Below are positions 43,601 through 54,542 of a stretch of DNA of 64,000 nucleotides, piece by piece (position 1 is the first letter of the stretch; every line of letters starts with the position of its first letter). The stretch is taken from the NCBI RefSeq assembly GCF_028368995.1, contig NZ_JAQNDL010000003.1:2016001-2080000 (forward strand), written 5' to 3'. A program made the position numbers and the translations under genes. The notes under the pieces are model-generated. The model made no database searches and had not been told where the DNA came from. It was given only the letters and a program-made list of their open reading frames with translations. The DNA comes from Nannocystis bainbridge (GTDB lineage: Bacteria > Myxococcota_A > Polyangia > Nannocystales > Nannocystaceae).

Positions 43601-43820
43601 CCAGGCGGCCACCAACCCGAAGGACGGCAAGCTCGAGTTCTCGGCCGACATCCCGCTGACGCCGGGCAACAACTTCATCGAGGTCCGGGCCCGCGAAGAC
43701 GACGACGTCAGCGCGGCCAAGCACATGTGGGTGCTGCGCACGAGCGGCCTCGAGGAGGCCCGCTCGAACGAGCTCCACAAGTCGACCGGCAAGCTCAGCG
43801 TCGACACGCTGTCGAAGTAA
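40608..43820 (+). CDS. S41 carboxy-terminal protease, MXAN_5808-like, with C-terminal Ig-like domains
   Basis: LDPHT, GGLGI PDZ, DMRDNPGG, SASATE, FGKGSVQ. Confidence 0.9.
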   Translation: MIAPLRGRLGRASTPAIVFGSFALALGLTAVQDREALAQRSEARAPARAAAQTYDATDLRILDWTLWYVAKYYVEPERIDPHRMTIAGLEGLEQAIPQVLVEPLGGGKKAARVKVRVGTAEQEFELGSVDALWAVGTHVRDVFRFVARHTTLSEDDRRDAEYAIVEGVLGTLDPHTNLLRPDEFDVMKTSTKGSFGGLGIEVGMRDGMITVIRVIDGNPASKAGIESGDRIVQIDEESTVTMSLNEAVDHMRGEPGTAVALHIRREGVDKPKRFRITRDVITLDSVTGTVLPGVNSEGQPVKVGLVQIQRNFAQTTGKELRAKLAEFEKAGVRGIVLDMRDNPGGLLTAAVEVADAFLKSGVIVSTVGPGAPREDLTADDRYDFANVPVVVLIDQGSASATEIVAGALRNLGRAVLLGRRTFGKGSVQVLHDRKVADKELALKLTIAQYLTPGDVSIQSVGVSPDLETLPVVVTKDFVAYHGRKRFDLVREESLASHLTSTKADPSQKITAGPLYFLSNAMVPDDDGGDEKSEAAKQKERDKLRAAKTDKAGNLTVEALLEDPEIRMARDLVVWAPSPSRDAILAKIGDFVAKETAVEEKRLTEAFAKRGIDWSPGTAPEAGKGAVLRMSVKIDKKDNTVLAGETGVVTVTVTNEGTAPAYQVRAFSDSDYSYFDERELLLGRIDPGQTRTATAKVNVNEHELSRTDRMELQLFDRHGSTVSPSSQRFIDISSAGIPRPDFSLAYQLLDDPKAGANIHGNGDGALQVGERVRLRVHVRNTGEGQALDAWVNLKNMNGDAVFLHTGREQLKALPTGDGRVVEFDFEVKKAPTEGEVKLQLSAHDAKIGVALAQKLHFPLAQSTVTVAPATGTAACEKACELVQSPLAADKVVARAEAGSGLKVTGRADGWLRVDLDGKRSAFVKDAQAKLGERGSKPKITDVFAISPPRIALAQSPSQTADPRMKVSGTITDSEAVRDVFITVVNPSRDLFGKAEKVFYQAATNPKDGKLEFSADIPLTPGNNFIEVRAREDDDVSAAKHMWVLRTSGLEEARSNELHKSTGKLSVDTLSK

Positions 43821-43957
43821 GCACCCCGCACGGACCGGCGGCTCGCCCGGGCTCGGAAGAGCGCCGCGCGGGCCGCAGGACCGTCGTGCGGCCCCGGCTC
43901 GCGGAGCTTCGCGGGCCCGCTGGCGCGCGAGCGATGGCCGCGGGTACCGTGGCGAGC

Positions 43958-44584
<627 letters not shown>

Positions 44585-44804
44585 CCCGCCCGCTCGAGCC
44601 GAGGTCGAGCGGCGTGCGGTGAGCAACTCTCGTCACGCCGCGGCCAGCGAGCTGACCCTCGTGGATGAGGATCACGGCCTGGTTCTCGGCGACGTCCCTC
44701 GCAACCGGTCGCATCCGCCTCGCTCGCGCTCGGACCCTGCGCGGCAAGGACCAGGCCCGCTCGCTCGCCGATGAACGACACCGGCCGCGCACGGGCGGCC
44801 CGCG

Positions 44805-46274
44805 TCACTTCTTCGCGGCGAGCTTGATCGAGCCGATGTCGTGGACCTCGCCCTCTTTCATCGCGCTGTGCATGGAGAAGCCGAGGGTGGTCTGCCACTT
44901 GCTGCCGACCTTGACGGCCACGCCGTACTCGCCGAGCGGCACCTCGGCGAAGCTCCACGCGCCCTCGGCGTCGGTCTTGCCGATGAACCGGACCGGCTGA
45001 TCGGCGCACGGCGTCTTCGAGTAGATGAACGCCGGGGTCGGGCACACCTCGAGCGTGGCGCCCACGACCGGCTTCTCGTCGTTGTCGACGATGCTGCCCT
45101 TGAGACCGCCCTTGCGCACCTCGCCGGCGCTGGGCAGCTCGGCGGGGCCGCTGCCGAGGACCAGGATGCTCTTGATCTCGCCGGCGATCTCCGGCGCCGC
45201 GCCGCTCGGCCACTCGTGCTTGCTGCCGTCGGCTGCGACCACCGAGAGGCCCGCGTCGGTGCCGACCCACACGCGCCCGCCGTCGTCCACGCCGACGGCC
45301 CAGATCAACCCCTTCTTGAAGTCTCTGCCGCTGCGCCGCGACTGCAGCTTGCCTTCGGCCGGCTTGGCGGCGGTGACCTTGTCGACGTCGATGAGCGCGA
45401 GGTAGCCGTCGGTGCTGACCGCGAGCTCGCTGTACGAGCTGGTGCCGCCGAGCTTGAGCTTCTTCGTCGGCTGGCCGTCGACCAGCTGGAACACGCTGTC
45501 CATGCCCATCGCGTACACGCTGCCGTCGGACGCGAGCGCAGCCCGGGTGAGGTAGTACGGGCTGCGAGCCCGGGTCGACTTGAGGTCGACTTCCTTCCAG
45601 GCGTCGGCCTCGCGCACGAACACCTTCTGGCTGGTGACGAGCCAGGGCTTGCCGGCCCGGTCGACGGCGATCGCCTGCGGGAAATCGTCGGCCGCGAGCG
45701 CCAGCACCGACACCGGCTCGCTGGTCCACGCCTTGCCGTCGAAGTGGTCGATCGCGCTGAAGGCCGCGACCCAGATCTGCCCGTCGGCCGCGACCGCGTA
45801 GTCGGTCATCGAGTTGGGCAGCCGCGCATCGCCGTCGCCCACCACGGCCTTGAAGCCCTCGCTGTCGATGCGCCCGATCTGCGAGTAGTCCGCGGCCCAC
45901 ACCTGGCCGTCCGCGCCGACCTGCAACTTGCGATACGAGCCCGTCTCGGCGCCGCTCACCGGCGTGAACTTGCCGCCGTCGAGGCGCACGATGCCCTTCT
46001 TTTCGACGGCGATGAACGCCGGCCCCGGCGCGCCCGCGGTGATCGTCAGCGGCGCTGCTGCCGGCTTGGCCGGCTCGGCCTTGGGCTCGGCCTTGTCGTC
46101 CGCCGGGGTCTCGGTCTTCGTCTCGACCGTCGTCTCGGTCTTCGTCTCGACCGTGGTCTCGACCTTTGCCGGCGGCTCGCTCTTCCTGGCCTCGTCGGGC
46201 GTCGGCCCGCCGTCACAGGCGGTCATCCACAGCGGCAGGGCACACACAAACAGTTTTGTCCTGGGGGTCGGCAC
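44805..46274 (-). CDS. Lipoprotein: beta-propeller plus carboxypeptidase-regulatory-like domain
   Basis: MTAC lipobox, repeated xDGQVW/GRVWVGT blades, GKTDAEGAWSFAEVPLGEY. Confidence 0.75.
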   Translation of the reverse strand: MPTPRTKLFVCALPLWMTACDGGPTPDEARKSEPPAKVETTVETKTETTVETKTETPADDKAEPKAEPAKPAAAPLTITAGAPGPAFIAVEKKGIVRLDGGKFTPVSGAETGSYRKLQVGADGQVWAADYSQIGRIDSEGFKAVVGDGDARLPNSMTDYAVAADGQIWVAAFSAIDHFDGKAWTSEPVSVLALAADDFPQAIAVDRAGKPWLVTSQKVFVREADAWKEVDLKSTRARSPYYLTRAALASDGSVYAMGMDSVFQLVDGQPTKKLKLGGTSSYSELAVSTDGYLALIDVDKVTAAKPAEGKLQSRRSGRDFKKGLIWAVGVDDGGRVWVGTDAGLSVVAADGSKHEWPSGAAPEIAGEIKSILVLGSGPAELPSAGEVRKGGLKGSIVDNDEKPVVGATLEVCPTPAFIYSKTPCADQPVRFIGKTDAEGAWSFAEVPLGEYGVAVKVGSKWQTTLGFSMHSAMKEGEVHDIGSIKLAAKK

Positions 46275-46313
46275 GCGGCGATCTTGCCAGGCCACAATTG
46301 GCTGTCAACGACC

Positions 46314-46357
46314 TGTCCCTTGAGACATCCGGTCGGTGGGACATGTCCTCGCGGACA
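46314..46357. repeat. Two perfect TGTC-N6-GACA modules
   Basis: TGTCCCTTGAGACA 46314-46327 and TGTCCTCGCGGACA 46344-46357, just upstream of a minus-strand TTGACA (46303-46308). Confidence 0.85.
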
Positions 46358-46397
46358 TATTCTGTTCGGGGGGCGAGAGTCCCCAACGCAGCGCCTT

Positions 46398-46437
46398 AAC
46401 GAAGAAGGGCCGCGCCGGCGCTGCCGGGCGGCCCTTC
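46398..46437 (-). terminator. Intrinsic terminator after clpX
   Basis: GAAGGGCCGC...GCGGCCCTTC stem followed by TTCGTT on the minus strand. Confidence 0.65.
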
Positions 46438-46458
46438 GGGCGAGCGGAGCGTGGCGGC

Positions 46459-47717
<1,259 letters not shown>

Positions 47718-47721
<4 letters not shown>

Positions 47722-48368
47722 GGAGTCGTCCCCCCAGTCGGCGGCGTCGGCCGCTCCTTCCGCGGCCGGCTCAGCACCTCGTCGATGAGCCCGTAGCCCT
47801 TGGCCGTCTGCGGGTCCATGAACTTGTCGCGCTCGGTGTCACGCAGGATGTCGTCGACCGTCTTCCCGCTGTGCTCGGCGAGGATAGCGTTCAAGATCGC
47901 CTTGAGGCGCCGGATCTCGAGCGCCTGGATCTCGATGTCGGTCGCCTGACCCTGCACCCCGCCCGAAGGCTGGTGGATCATGATGCGCGCGTTGGGCAGC
48001 GCGAAGCGCTTGCCCGGGGCTCCACCGGCCACCAGCACCGCGCCCATCGAGGCGGCCTGGCCGATGCAGTAGGTGGCGACGTCGCAGCGCACGTGCTGCA
48101 TGGTGTCGTAGATGCCCAGGCCGGCCGTCACCACGCCGCCCGGGGAGTTGATGTACATCGTGATGTCCTTCTCCGGATCCTCGGACTCGAGGAAGAGGAG
48201 CTGGGCGATGATGACGTTGGCGACCTGGTCGTTGACCCCGGTGCCGAGAAAGATGATCCGGTCCTTGAGGAGCCGGCTGTAGATGTCCCACGAGCGCTCA
48301 CCACGGTGCGTCTGCTCGATGACGAAGGGAATGTTGGCGACCGGGCCCAAGTCTTCGTGGTGCTTCAT
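47718..48368 (-). CDS. clpP: Clp protease proteolytic subunit
   Basis: [27 protein letters not shown]. Confidence 0.99.
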
Positions 48369-48558
48369 GCGGCGGCTCCGCGCTCCTTCTAGGTGTCTGC
48401 TATCGTGACCGCCTCGCCGGGACGATGCAAGGCCCCAGAGCGCGCGGCTGCATCACCACTTTCTCACCGTCGATCGAGAAAGCGGCTGGAGCCACCCGGG
48501 GGTGGCTCCTCTCGACGTTCGGCGCGCTCGGCACCGGCGCGTGCGGCGGACTCGCTCG

Positions 48559-49917
48559 TCAGGTCGCGGCGGTCTCGCCGCTAGACTCCGACGTCGCGGG
48601 CGCCTCCGGCGACGGATCGGGCGCCTCGGTGACCTCGGCCTTGCCCATCAGGAAGTCGAGGATCTTTTCCTCGCGGAGCTGCGCGCGCAGGAGCAGCAGC
48701 TGGTTGTTCTTCTCCATCGTCGCGCGCAGGCGATCGATGTTCTGGTTGCGCTCGGCCGCCATCTCCTTCAGCTCGGCCTCGACCTCGTCCTCGGCGACGA
48801 CGATGTTCTCGGCCTTGCCGATCGCGTCGAGCAGGAGGAACGCCTTGACGTTGAACAGCGCCTGGGGCCGGTACTGCGAGCTGAGCTGCTGCTCGGTGAC
48901 GCCGAGCCGCTGGAGCGTGAGGCCCTGCTGCTGGACCTGACGCTTGAACAGGTCGACCTGGGCGGCGACCTCGCGGGCGACCAGCGACGGCGCGACCTCG
49001 AAGGTGTTGCGCTCGAGCAGGACCTCGACGAGGCGCTTGCGGGCGTCGCGCTCGGCCTCGTTCTTGTCCTCTTCGAGCAGGCGCTCGCTGAACTTGGCCT
49101 TGAGCGCGTCGAGGCTGTCGGCCTCGCCGGTGTCGCGGGCGAAGTCGTCGTCGAGCGCGGGGACGTGCTTCTCGCGGAGGTCGCGGAAGCCGATCGTCAG
49201 CACGGCCTCGTGGCCGCGCAGCTCCTGCTTGAGGCGCTCCTGGGTCGGGCTGAAGCGCACGACCTGCGTCTTGCCGACCTGGTCGAGGGTGGTGCTCGCC
49301 AGCGCGGCGGCGAGGCCGGGGATGTACTCGTTCTCGGTCTCGCCGATGTCGACGCGGAGGTCCTTGCGCGCGATCTTCTGCGGGCCGATGTGACCGTCGA
49401 GGTCGACGGTCCACACGTCACCCGGCTGGGTGGCGGTGCGCTCGCTGCCCTCGGCGAGCGGGCGCAGCTCGGTGAGCTCCTCCTGCTTGGCCTTGAGCTC
49501 GGCGTCGATCTTGGCGGCGTCGGCGACCGCGGGACGGCGACGCACGGCGATGCCGGTGTAGTCCTTCGGGGTGATCTCCGGCGGGACTTCGAAGCGCGCG
49601 GCGTACTTGAAGGTCTCGTCCTTGACGAGCGTGCCCTCCTCGAGGACCGGCTGGGTCAGCGGCACCTTGCTGTGCTGCGTGACGGCGGCCTGGAAGGTCT
49701 CGTCGACGAGCTCGCGGGCGAGCTCCTCGCGCACGCTCTTGCCGAACATGCGCTCGAGCATGTGCGGCGGCACCTTGCCCGGACGGAAGCCAGGCAAGCG
49801 AGCCTTGCCCTGCAGATCGCGCAGCTTGGTGGCGAACCGCGGCGAGATCTCCGTCCACGGGATTTGCACACGCACGCGGCACTCGACCGCACTGATCTTC
49901 TCGATTTGACTTTCCAT
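48559..49917 (-). CDS. tig: Trigger factor
   Basis: LPGFRPGKVP signature; tig-clpP-clpX synteny. Confidence 0.97.
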   Translation of the reverse strand: MESQIEKISAVECRVRVQIPWTEISPRFATKLRDLQGKARLPGFRPGKVPPHMLERMFGKSVREELARELVDETFQAAVTQHSKVPLTQPVLEEGTLVKDETFKYAARFEVPPEITPKDYTGIAVRRRPAVADAAKIDAELKAKQEELTELRPLAEGSERTATQPGDVWTVDLDGHIGPQKIARKDLRVDIGETENEYIPGLAAALASTTLDQVGKTQVVRFSPTQERLKQELRGHEAVLTIGFRDLREKHVPALDDDFARDTGEADSLDALKAKFSERLLEEDKNEAERDARKRLVEVLLERNTFEVAPSLVAREVAAQVDLFKRQVQQQGLTLQRLGVTEQQLSSQYRPQALFNVKAFLLLDAIGKAENIVVAEDEVEAELKEMAAERNQNIDRLRATMEKNNQLLLLRAQLREEKILDFLMGKAEVTEAPDPSPEAPATSESSGETAAT

Positions 49918-50053
49918 GACGGGCGAAAGCGGGGACGGTCCAGTACCAGAGCGCCGCCACGATCTCAAGTCGACGCACGCACGGCCGCCGCAGCGCCGGG
50001 CCGCGGCCGCCACGACGGGCGGCCGCGAGGCGTGACAAGCCGCACGGCCTGCC

Positions 50054-53000
50054 TCAGCCCTCGTGCTCGGCCAGCAGCTCGTCGCGGTCGCGGTAGCCCG
50101 GGCTCACGTCGCGCAGCGCCTCGGCGGCCGCCGCCGTGTCGCCGAGGGTCGTAAAGACCTCGGCCAGGCGGTACTGGGCCGCGTCGCGCTCGTCCTCGTC
50201 GTTGGCGCTGTCGATCGCCTCGCGCAGGGCGGCGACGGCGACCGAGGGCTCGCCGCGGAGGATCCGGAGGTCGGCGATCATGACCTTGGCCCGCGACTGC
50301 CAGGTGCTGTCGGCGGCGGCCAGCCCGAACTGGGCCAGCGCGTCGTCGATGAGGCCCATCTCGTGATAGGCCATGCCCAGATCGAAGTAGGTCTGGGCGT
50401 CGGCCTGCTCGGTGAGGGTGGCCACGGCCCGCTGCTGCGGCGATTTCTTGCGGCTGACCGGCGACGGCTCGTCGAAGATCGAGGACAGGAAATCGTCGTC
50501 GTCGTCCTCGTCGTCGAGGCGCTGGACGGTGTGACCGGGGCTGACGGCGGCGGGCGCGGCGGCGACCGGCGGCGGGGTGTCCTCGATCATCACCGGCGCG
50601 GCGGCCGACTCGAGCTTGGCGCCGGTGGCGAAGCGGTCGGCGAACTCGGCGAGCGCCGGATGGCCGGGGAAGCGCCGCTGCAGCTCGAGGTAGGTGAACT
50701 GGGCGTCGTCCTCGAACCGGCTGCTGATGAAGAAGCGCAGCTCCTCGACCTCGTCGGTGATGTCGGGGTAGTCCGCCGGCGCGGCGGGCTCCTCGGCCGA
50801 GATCTCCTCGACCGCGGCGAGCTCCTCGAGCTCGGCGCTCAGCAGGTCGGCGACCTTGCTGTCCGCGGAGACAGCCTCGGGCTGGCTGTCCGAAGGGGCA
50901 GCTTCGCTCGTCGGCGCCGCGATGTCCGCAGCGGCGGCCTCGGGCTTGGCCTCGGCCTGGCTGTCCGAAGGGGCAGCCTCGGTCGGCGCCGCGATGTCCG
51001 AAGGGGCAGCGTCGGCCTGGCTGTCCGCGGGGACAGCTTCGAGCGGCGCAGCGATGTCCGAAGGCAGGGCTTCGGCCTGGCTGTCCGCGGGGACAGCTTC
51101 GGTCGGCGCCGCGATGTCCGAGGGCACGGCTTCGGCCTGGCTGTCCGCGGGGACAGCTTCCGGCTTCGCCTCGCTCGTGTCCGCGGGGGCAGCTTCCGGC
51201 TTCGCCTCGACGATGTCCGCGGGGGCAGCCTCCGGCACCTTTGCCTGGCTGTCCGAAGAGACAGCCTCGGGCGCCTTCGCCTGGCTGTCCGAAGAGACAG
51301 CTTCCGGCTTCGCCTCGAGCGCCTTCGCCTGGCTGTCCGAAGAGACAGCCTCCGGCTTCGCCTCGGGCTGCTGGACTGGCGCGGGCCGGGTCTCGGCCGC
51401 GGGGGTCGCGGGCGTGCTGGCGGGGGTCGCCGCCGGCTTCGGTCCGCTGGGGCCGCCGAGGCGCGTCACCGGCTTGGCCGGCTTCCCGCCGAGGCGCATC
51501 GCGCGGAGCTTGGCGGCGGCGTCGGACTTGGGCGCCTGGGCCGGTCCGCGGACGATCTCGGCCTTCAGCACCTCGGGCTTGGCCGACTCGGTGCTGGCGG
51601 GCGTCGGCTCGGTCTTCGCGGCCTCGGGCGCCTGCGCCTCCGCGCTCGTCGACGCAGCCTCGGTCGCGGGCTCGGCCGGGCTGTCCGTCGGGACAGCTTC
51701 GGGCTTCGCCGCGACCTCCGTCGGGGCGGCTTCCGTCTTCTCGCCGGCGTCGGCCCTGTCCGAGCTGTCCGCGGGCACAGCTTCCGGCTGCGCCGCGCTC
51801 GAGCTGTCCGCGGGGACAGCTTCAGGCGCGCTCGCCTCGGGCTTGGCCGGGCTGTCCGTCAGGACAGCTTCGGGCTGCGTCGCCTCGGGCTTGGTCGCGG
51901 TGTCGACCACGACGGCCTCGGGCTGCGTCGCCTCGGGCTTGGTCGCGGTGTCGACCGCGACGGCCTCGGGCTGCGTCGCTTCGGGCTTGGCCGAGCTGTC
52001 CGCCGGGACAGCCTCGGGCGGCGGCGCGACCGGCTTCGCCGTCACCACGCTCTCGCTGCGCGGCGGCTCCGGGCGCTTCGTCACCACGCTCTCGCTGCGC
52101 GGCGGCTCCGGGCGCTTCGTCACCACGCTCTCGGTCCGCGGCTGCGGCGGCGGCGGGCGCTTCGACACCACGCTCTCGGTCCGCGGCGGCGGCGGACGCT
52201 TCGACACCACGCTCTCGCTGCGCGGCGGCTCCGGTCGCCGGGTCACCACGCTCTCGCTGCGCGGCGGCTGCGGCGGGGCCTTCTTGGGCGGCGTCGGCTC
52301 GGACGCGGTCTCGTCGACGAGCTCATCGAGCTCGAGCTCCTCGACCTCCTCGGCCTCGAGCTCCTCGACCTCCTCGGCGCTTTGTGCCGGCTTGTCGGAG
52401 GGCGGGCGGCGCGACGGCTTGCGGCCAGACTCGACCGGCTCGCTCGCGGGCTCGGAGGTCGTGGCCTCGACGTGCGCGCCCTCGACCGGCGCGCCCTCGG
52501 AGGTCATGGCCTCGCTCGCCGCGACCTCGGCCGTCGCGGCGACCTCGGGCTGCGCCGCTTCGGGCGGCGCGGCCTCGCTCGTGGTCGCCCCGGGCTGGGT
52601 TTCACCGGCTGTCTCGGCGGACATGTCCTCAGGGACAGTCGCCTTCTGGACCGGCGGCTTGAACGTCGGCAGCGGCGTCTTCTCGCCGAACGACCGCGGC
52701 AGCGGCGTCTTCTCGGAGAACTTGGTCGACAGCGGCGTCCGGATCGCGCTGTCGCTGTCGTCGTGCGCGACCGGGGCGGCCATGCCGAACGCCAGGTTCT
52801 GCAGGCCGCTGGACTCGCGCACCGGCTCGTCGGCGGGCGCCTTCGGCTCCTCGGGCAGCGGCGCGGGCGCGGGCGTCGGCGTCAGGTCGGCCTGGACCTT
52901 CGAATCGGTCTCGGTCGACGTGTCCGAAGAGACATCCCCGTCCAGGGCGGCGATGCGGGCCGAGTCGGCCGGCGAGCTCATACTCGTGCCGCTCTGGCCG

Positions 53001-54511
53001 GCCGTCGGCGGCGGCGCCTCGGCGTCGCCGGCCAGGCGCTCGTGCTTGGTGCCGCGGACCAGCGGCGCGGCCTCGTCGGGCTGGCTGCCGCTGGCCTCCA
53101 GGGCCGTCAGCACCATCTCGGCCTTGGTGTGGTTGGGCGCCAGCCGGAGCGCGCGACCCAGGTGGTCGCGGGCGAGCTTCAGGTCGCGTCCGGCGACCAG
53201 TTGCGCCAGGCGGACGGAGGTGTCGGCGGCCTCGGAGTTGCGGCCGAGCGACTCGAGGATCGACGCCTGCAGCTCGAGCGCCTGGGTGTTGCTGGCGTCG
53301 CGGACGAAGATCGAGTCGAGGTGCCCGAGCGCGTGCTCGAACATCTTGTATTTGATGTAGACCCGGACCTCGAGCAGCAGCTTGTCGATGTCGCCGACGT
53401 TGTCCTCAGGCTCCTCTGCCGCGCTGGGCGCCAGGTTCGCGCCCACCCCTGCGAAAGGGCGCGAAGGCACGTCCTCGACTTCCACGTCGAGCTCGAGGTC
53501 GGTGCCGGTCTGCGACGCCGCGGCCTCCTCTTCGACCACGTCGATGTCGAGGCCGACATCCTCCTCGCGGTCCTTCGGGTCGACCGGCAGCGCCGCGATC
53601 TCGGCGTCGATGTCGGCGGCGATCTTCTTGAGCTCGTCGGCGTTCTCCGGCCCGAGCGCGATCGCCTTGCGCAGCACGCGGGCGGCCAGCACCTTGGCCT
53701 TGCGCCCGCCCTTGCGCTGCTCCTTGGCCAGCTCCTGCAGCACGCTGACCGACTTGTCCTGCTTGCCCAGCGCGACGAACGTGTCGGCCAGCAGCTCGAG
53801 GCCCTCGGGGTCGGCGGGGGCCGAGCGCAGCAGCGCGTTCAGCTTAACCAGCGCGCGCCGGTTCTCGTTCTGCGACAGGTAGATCCGCGCCAGCGAGCGC
53901 AGGACCGGCAGGTCGTCTTCCTTGTGATAGATGAGCCGCTCGGCGACGCGGATGTAGTCGTCGATCCGGCGATCCGAGAACAGCTTGTCGGCGGCGAGCC
54001 GGAAGTGCTCGACCGCCTGCGGCACCATGCCCTCGCGCGAGTAAAGCTCGGCCAGGCGCAGCCGCTTGCCGACAGCGCCCGGGTCGAGCTCGGCGACCAT
54101 GCGGAAGCCCTCGAGGCCCTCGAGCACCTGGCCGCTCTGGAAGTACGCCTGAGCGACGAACTCGTAGGTGGCGATGGCGTCCTGGATCCGGCCCAGCTCC
54201 TTGTAGAGCGCGGCGACCCTGGACTGCACGTCGAGCCGACCCGAGTCGATCTGCAGCACCTGCCGGTAGACCGCGAGCGCCTTCTGGTGCTCACCGGCCT
54301 CGGTGTAGTGCTTGCCGACGAACACGAACCGCTCGCTCGCGCCCGCGGTGTCGCCCATCTGTCGCAGCGCGTCGGCGAAGAGGAGCCACGATCGGATGTC
54401 CGAAGGGTCAGCTTCGACGACCGCCGCGTACTCCTTCGCCGCACGGTCGTGCTGACCCTTCGCCGCGTACTTCGCAGCCGCTGCCAGTGCCTTGTCGCGG
54501 TTGAACGCCAC
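50054..54511 (-). CDS. sgmX: TPR protein, SgmX-like, with very long repetitive linker
   Basis: N- and C-terminal TPRs (YFDLGMAYHEMGLIDDA); lies downstream of accBC in the pil-mglC region, as in Myxococcus. Confidence 0.7.
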   Translation of the reverse strand: MAFNRDKALAAAAKYAAKGQHDRAAKEYAAVVEADPSDIRSWLLFADALRQMGDTAGASERFVFVGKHYTEAGEHQKALAVYRQVLQIDSGRLDVQSRVAALYKELGRIQDAIATYEFVAQAYFQSGQVLEGLEGFRMVAELDPGAVGKRLRLAELYSREGMVPQAVEHFRLAADKLFSDRRIDDYIRVAERLIYHKEDDLPVLRSLARIYLSQNENRRALVKLNALLRSAPADPEGLELLADTFVALGKQDKSVSVLQELAKEQRKGGRKAKVLAARVLRKAIALGPENADELKKIAADIDAEIAALPVDPKDREEDVGLDIDVVEEEAAASQTGTDLELDVEVEDVPSRPFAGVGANLAPSAAEEPEDNVGDIDKLLLEVRVYIKYKMFEHALGHLDSIFVRDASNTQALELQASILESLGRNSEAADTSVRLAQLVAGRDLKLARDHLGRALRLAPNHTKAEMVLTALEASGSQPDEAAPLVRGTKHERLAGDAEAPPPTAGQSGTSMSSPADSARIAALDGDVSSDTSTETDSKVQADLTPTPAPAPLPEEPKAPADEPVRESSGLQNLAFGMAAPVAHDDSDSAIRTPLSTKFSEKTPLPRSFGEKTPLPTFKPPVQKATVPEDMSAETAGETQPGATTSEAAPPEAAQPEVAATAEVAASEAMTSEGAPVEGAHVEATTSEPASEPVESGRKPSRRPPSDKPAQSAEEVEELEAEEVEELELDELVDETASEPTPPKKAPPQPPRSESVVTRRPEPPRSESVVSKRPPPPRTESVVSKRPPPPQPRTESVVTKRPEPPRSESVVTKRPEPPRSESVVTAKPVAPPPEAVPADSSAKPEATQPEAVAVDTATKPEATQPEAVVVDTATKPEATQPEAVLTDSPAKPEASAPEAVPADSSSAAQPEAVPADSSDRADAGEKTEAAPTEVAAKPEAVPTDSPAEPATEAASTSAEAQAPEAAKTEPTPASTESAKPEVLKAEIVRGPAQAPKSDAAAKLRAMRLGGKPAKPVTRLGGPSGPKPAATPASTPATPAAETRPAPVQQPEAKPEAVSSDSQAKALEAKPEAVSSDSQAKAPEAVSSDSQAKVPEAAPADIVEAKPEAAPADTSEAKPEAVPADSQAEAVPSDIAAPTEAVPADSQAEALPSDIAAPLEAVPADSQADAAPSDIAAPTEAAPSDSQAEAKPEAAAADIAAPTSEAAPSDSQPEAVSADSKVADLLSAELEELAAVEEISAEEPAAPADYPDITDEVEELRFFISSRFEDDAQFTYLELQRRFPGHPALAEFADRFATGAKLESAAAPVMIEDTPPPVAAAPAAVSPGHTVQRLDDEDDDDDFLSSIFDEPSPVSRKKSPQQRAVATLTEQADAQTYFDLGMAYHEMGLIDDALAQFGLAAADSTWQSRAKVMIADLRILRGEPSVAVAALREAIDSANDEDERDAAQYRLAEVFTTLGDTAAAAEALRDVSPGYRDRDELLAEHEG
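50860..52934. repeat. Coding repeats carrying TGTC-N6-GACA (AVPADS/AVSSDS/AAPSD) and RSESVVTKRPEPP
   Basis: Perfect modules at 50860, 51022, 51082, 51142, 51250, 51286, 51334, 51682, 51805, 51853, 51997, 52610, 52624, 52921; 36-39 bp repeats at 52041-52270. Confidence 0.85.
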
Positions 54512-54542
54512 CCGTCTCCTTCTCCTGGCTTCCTTTACTCCT

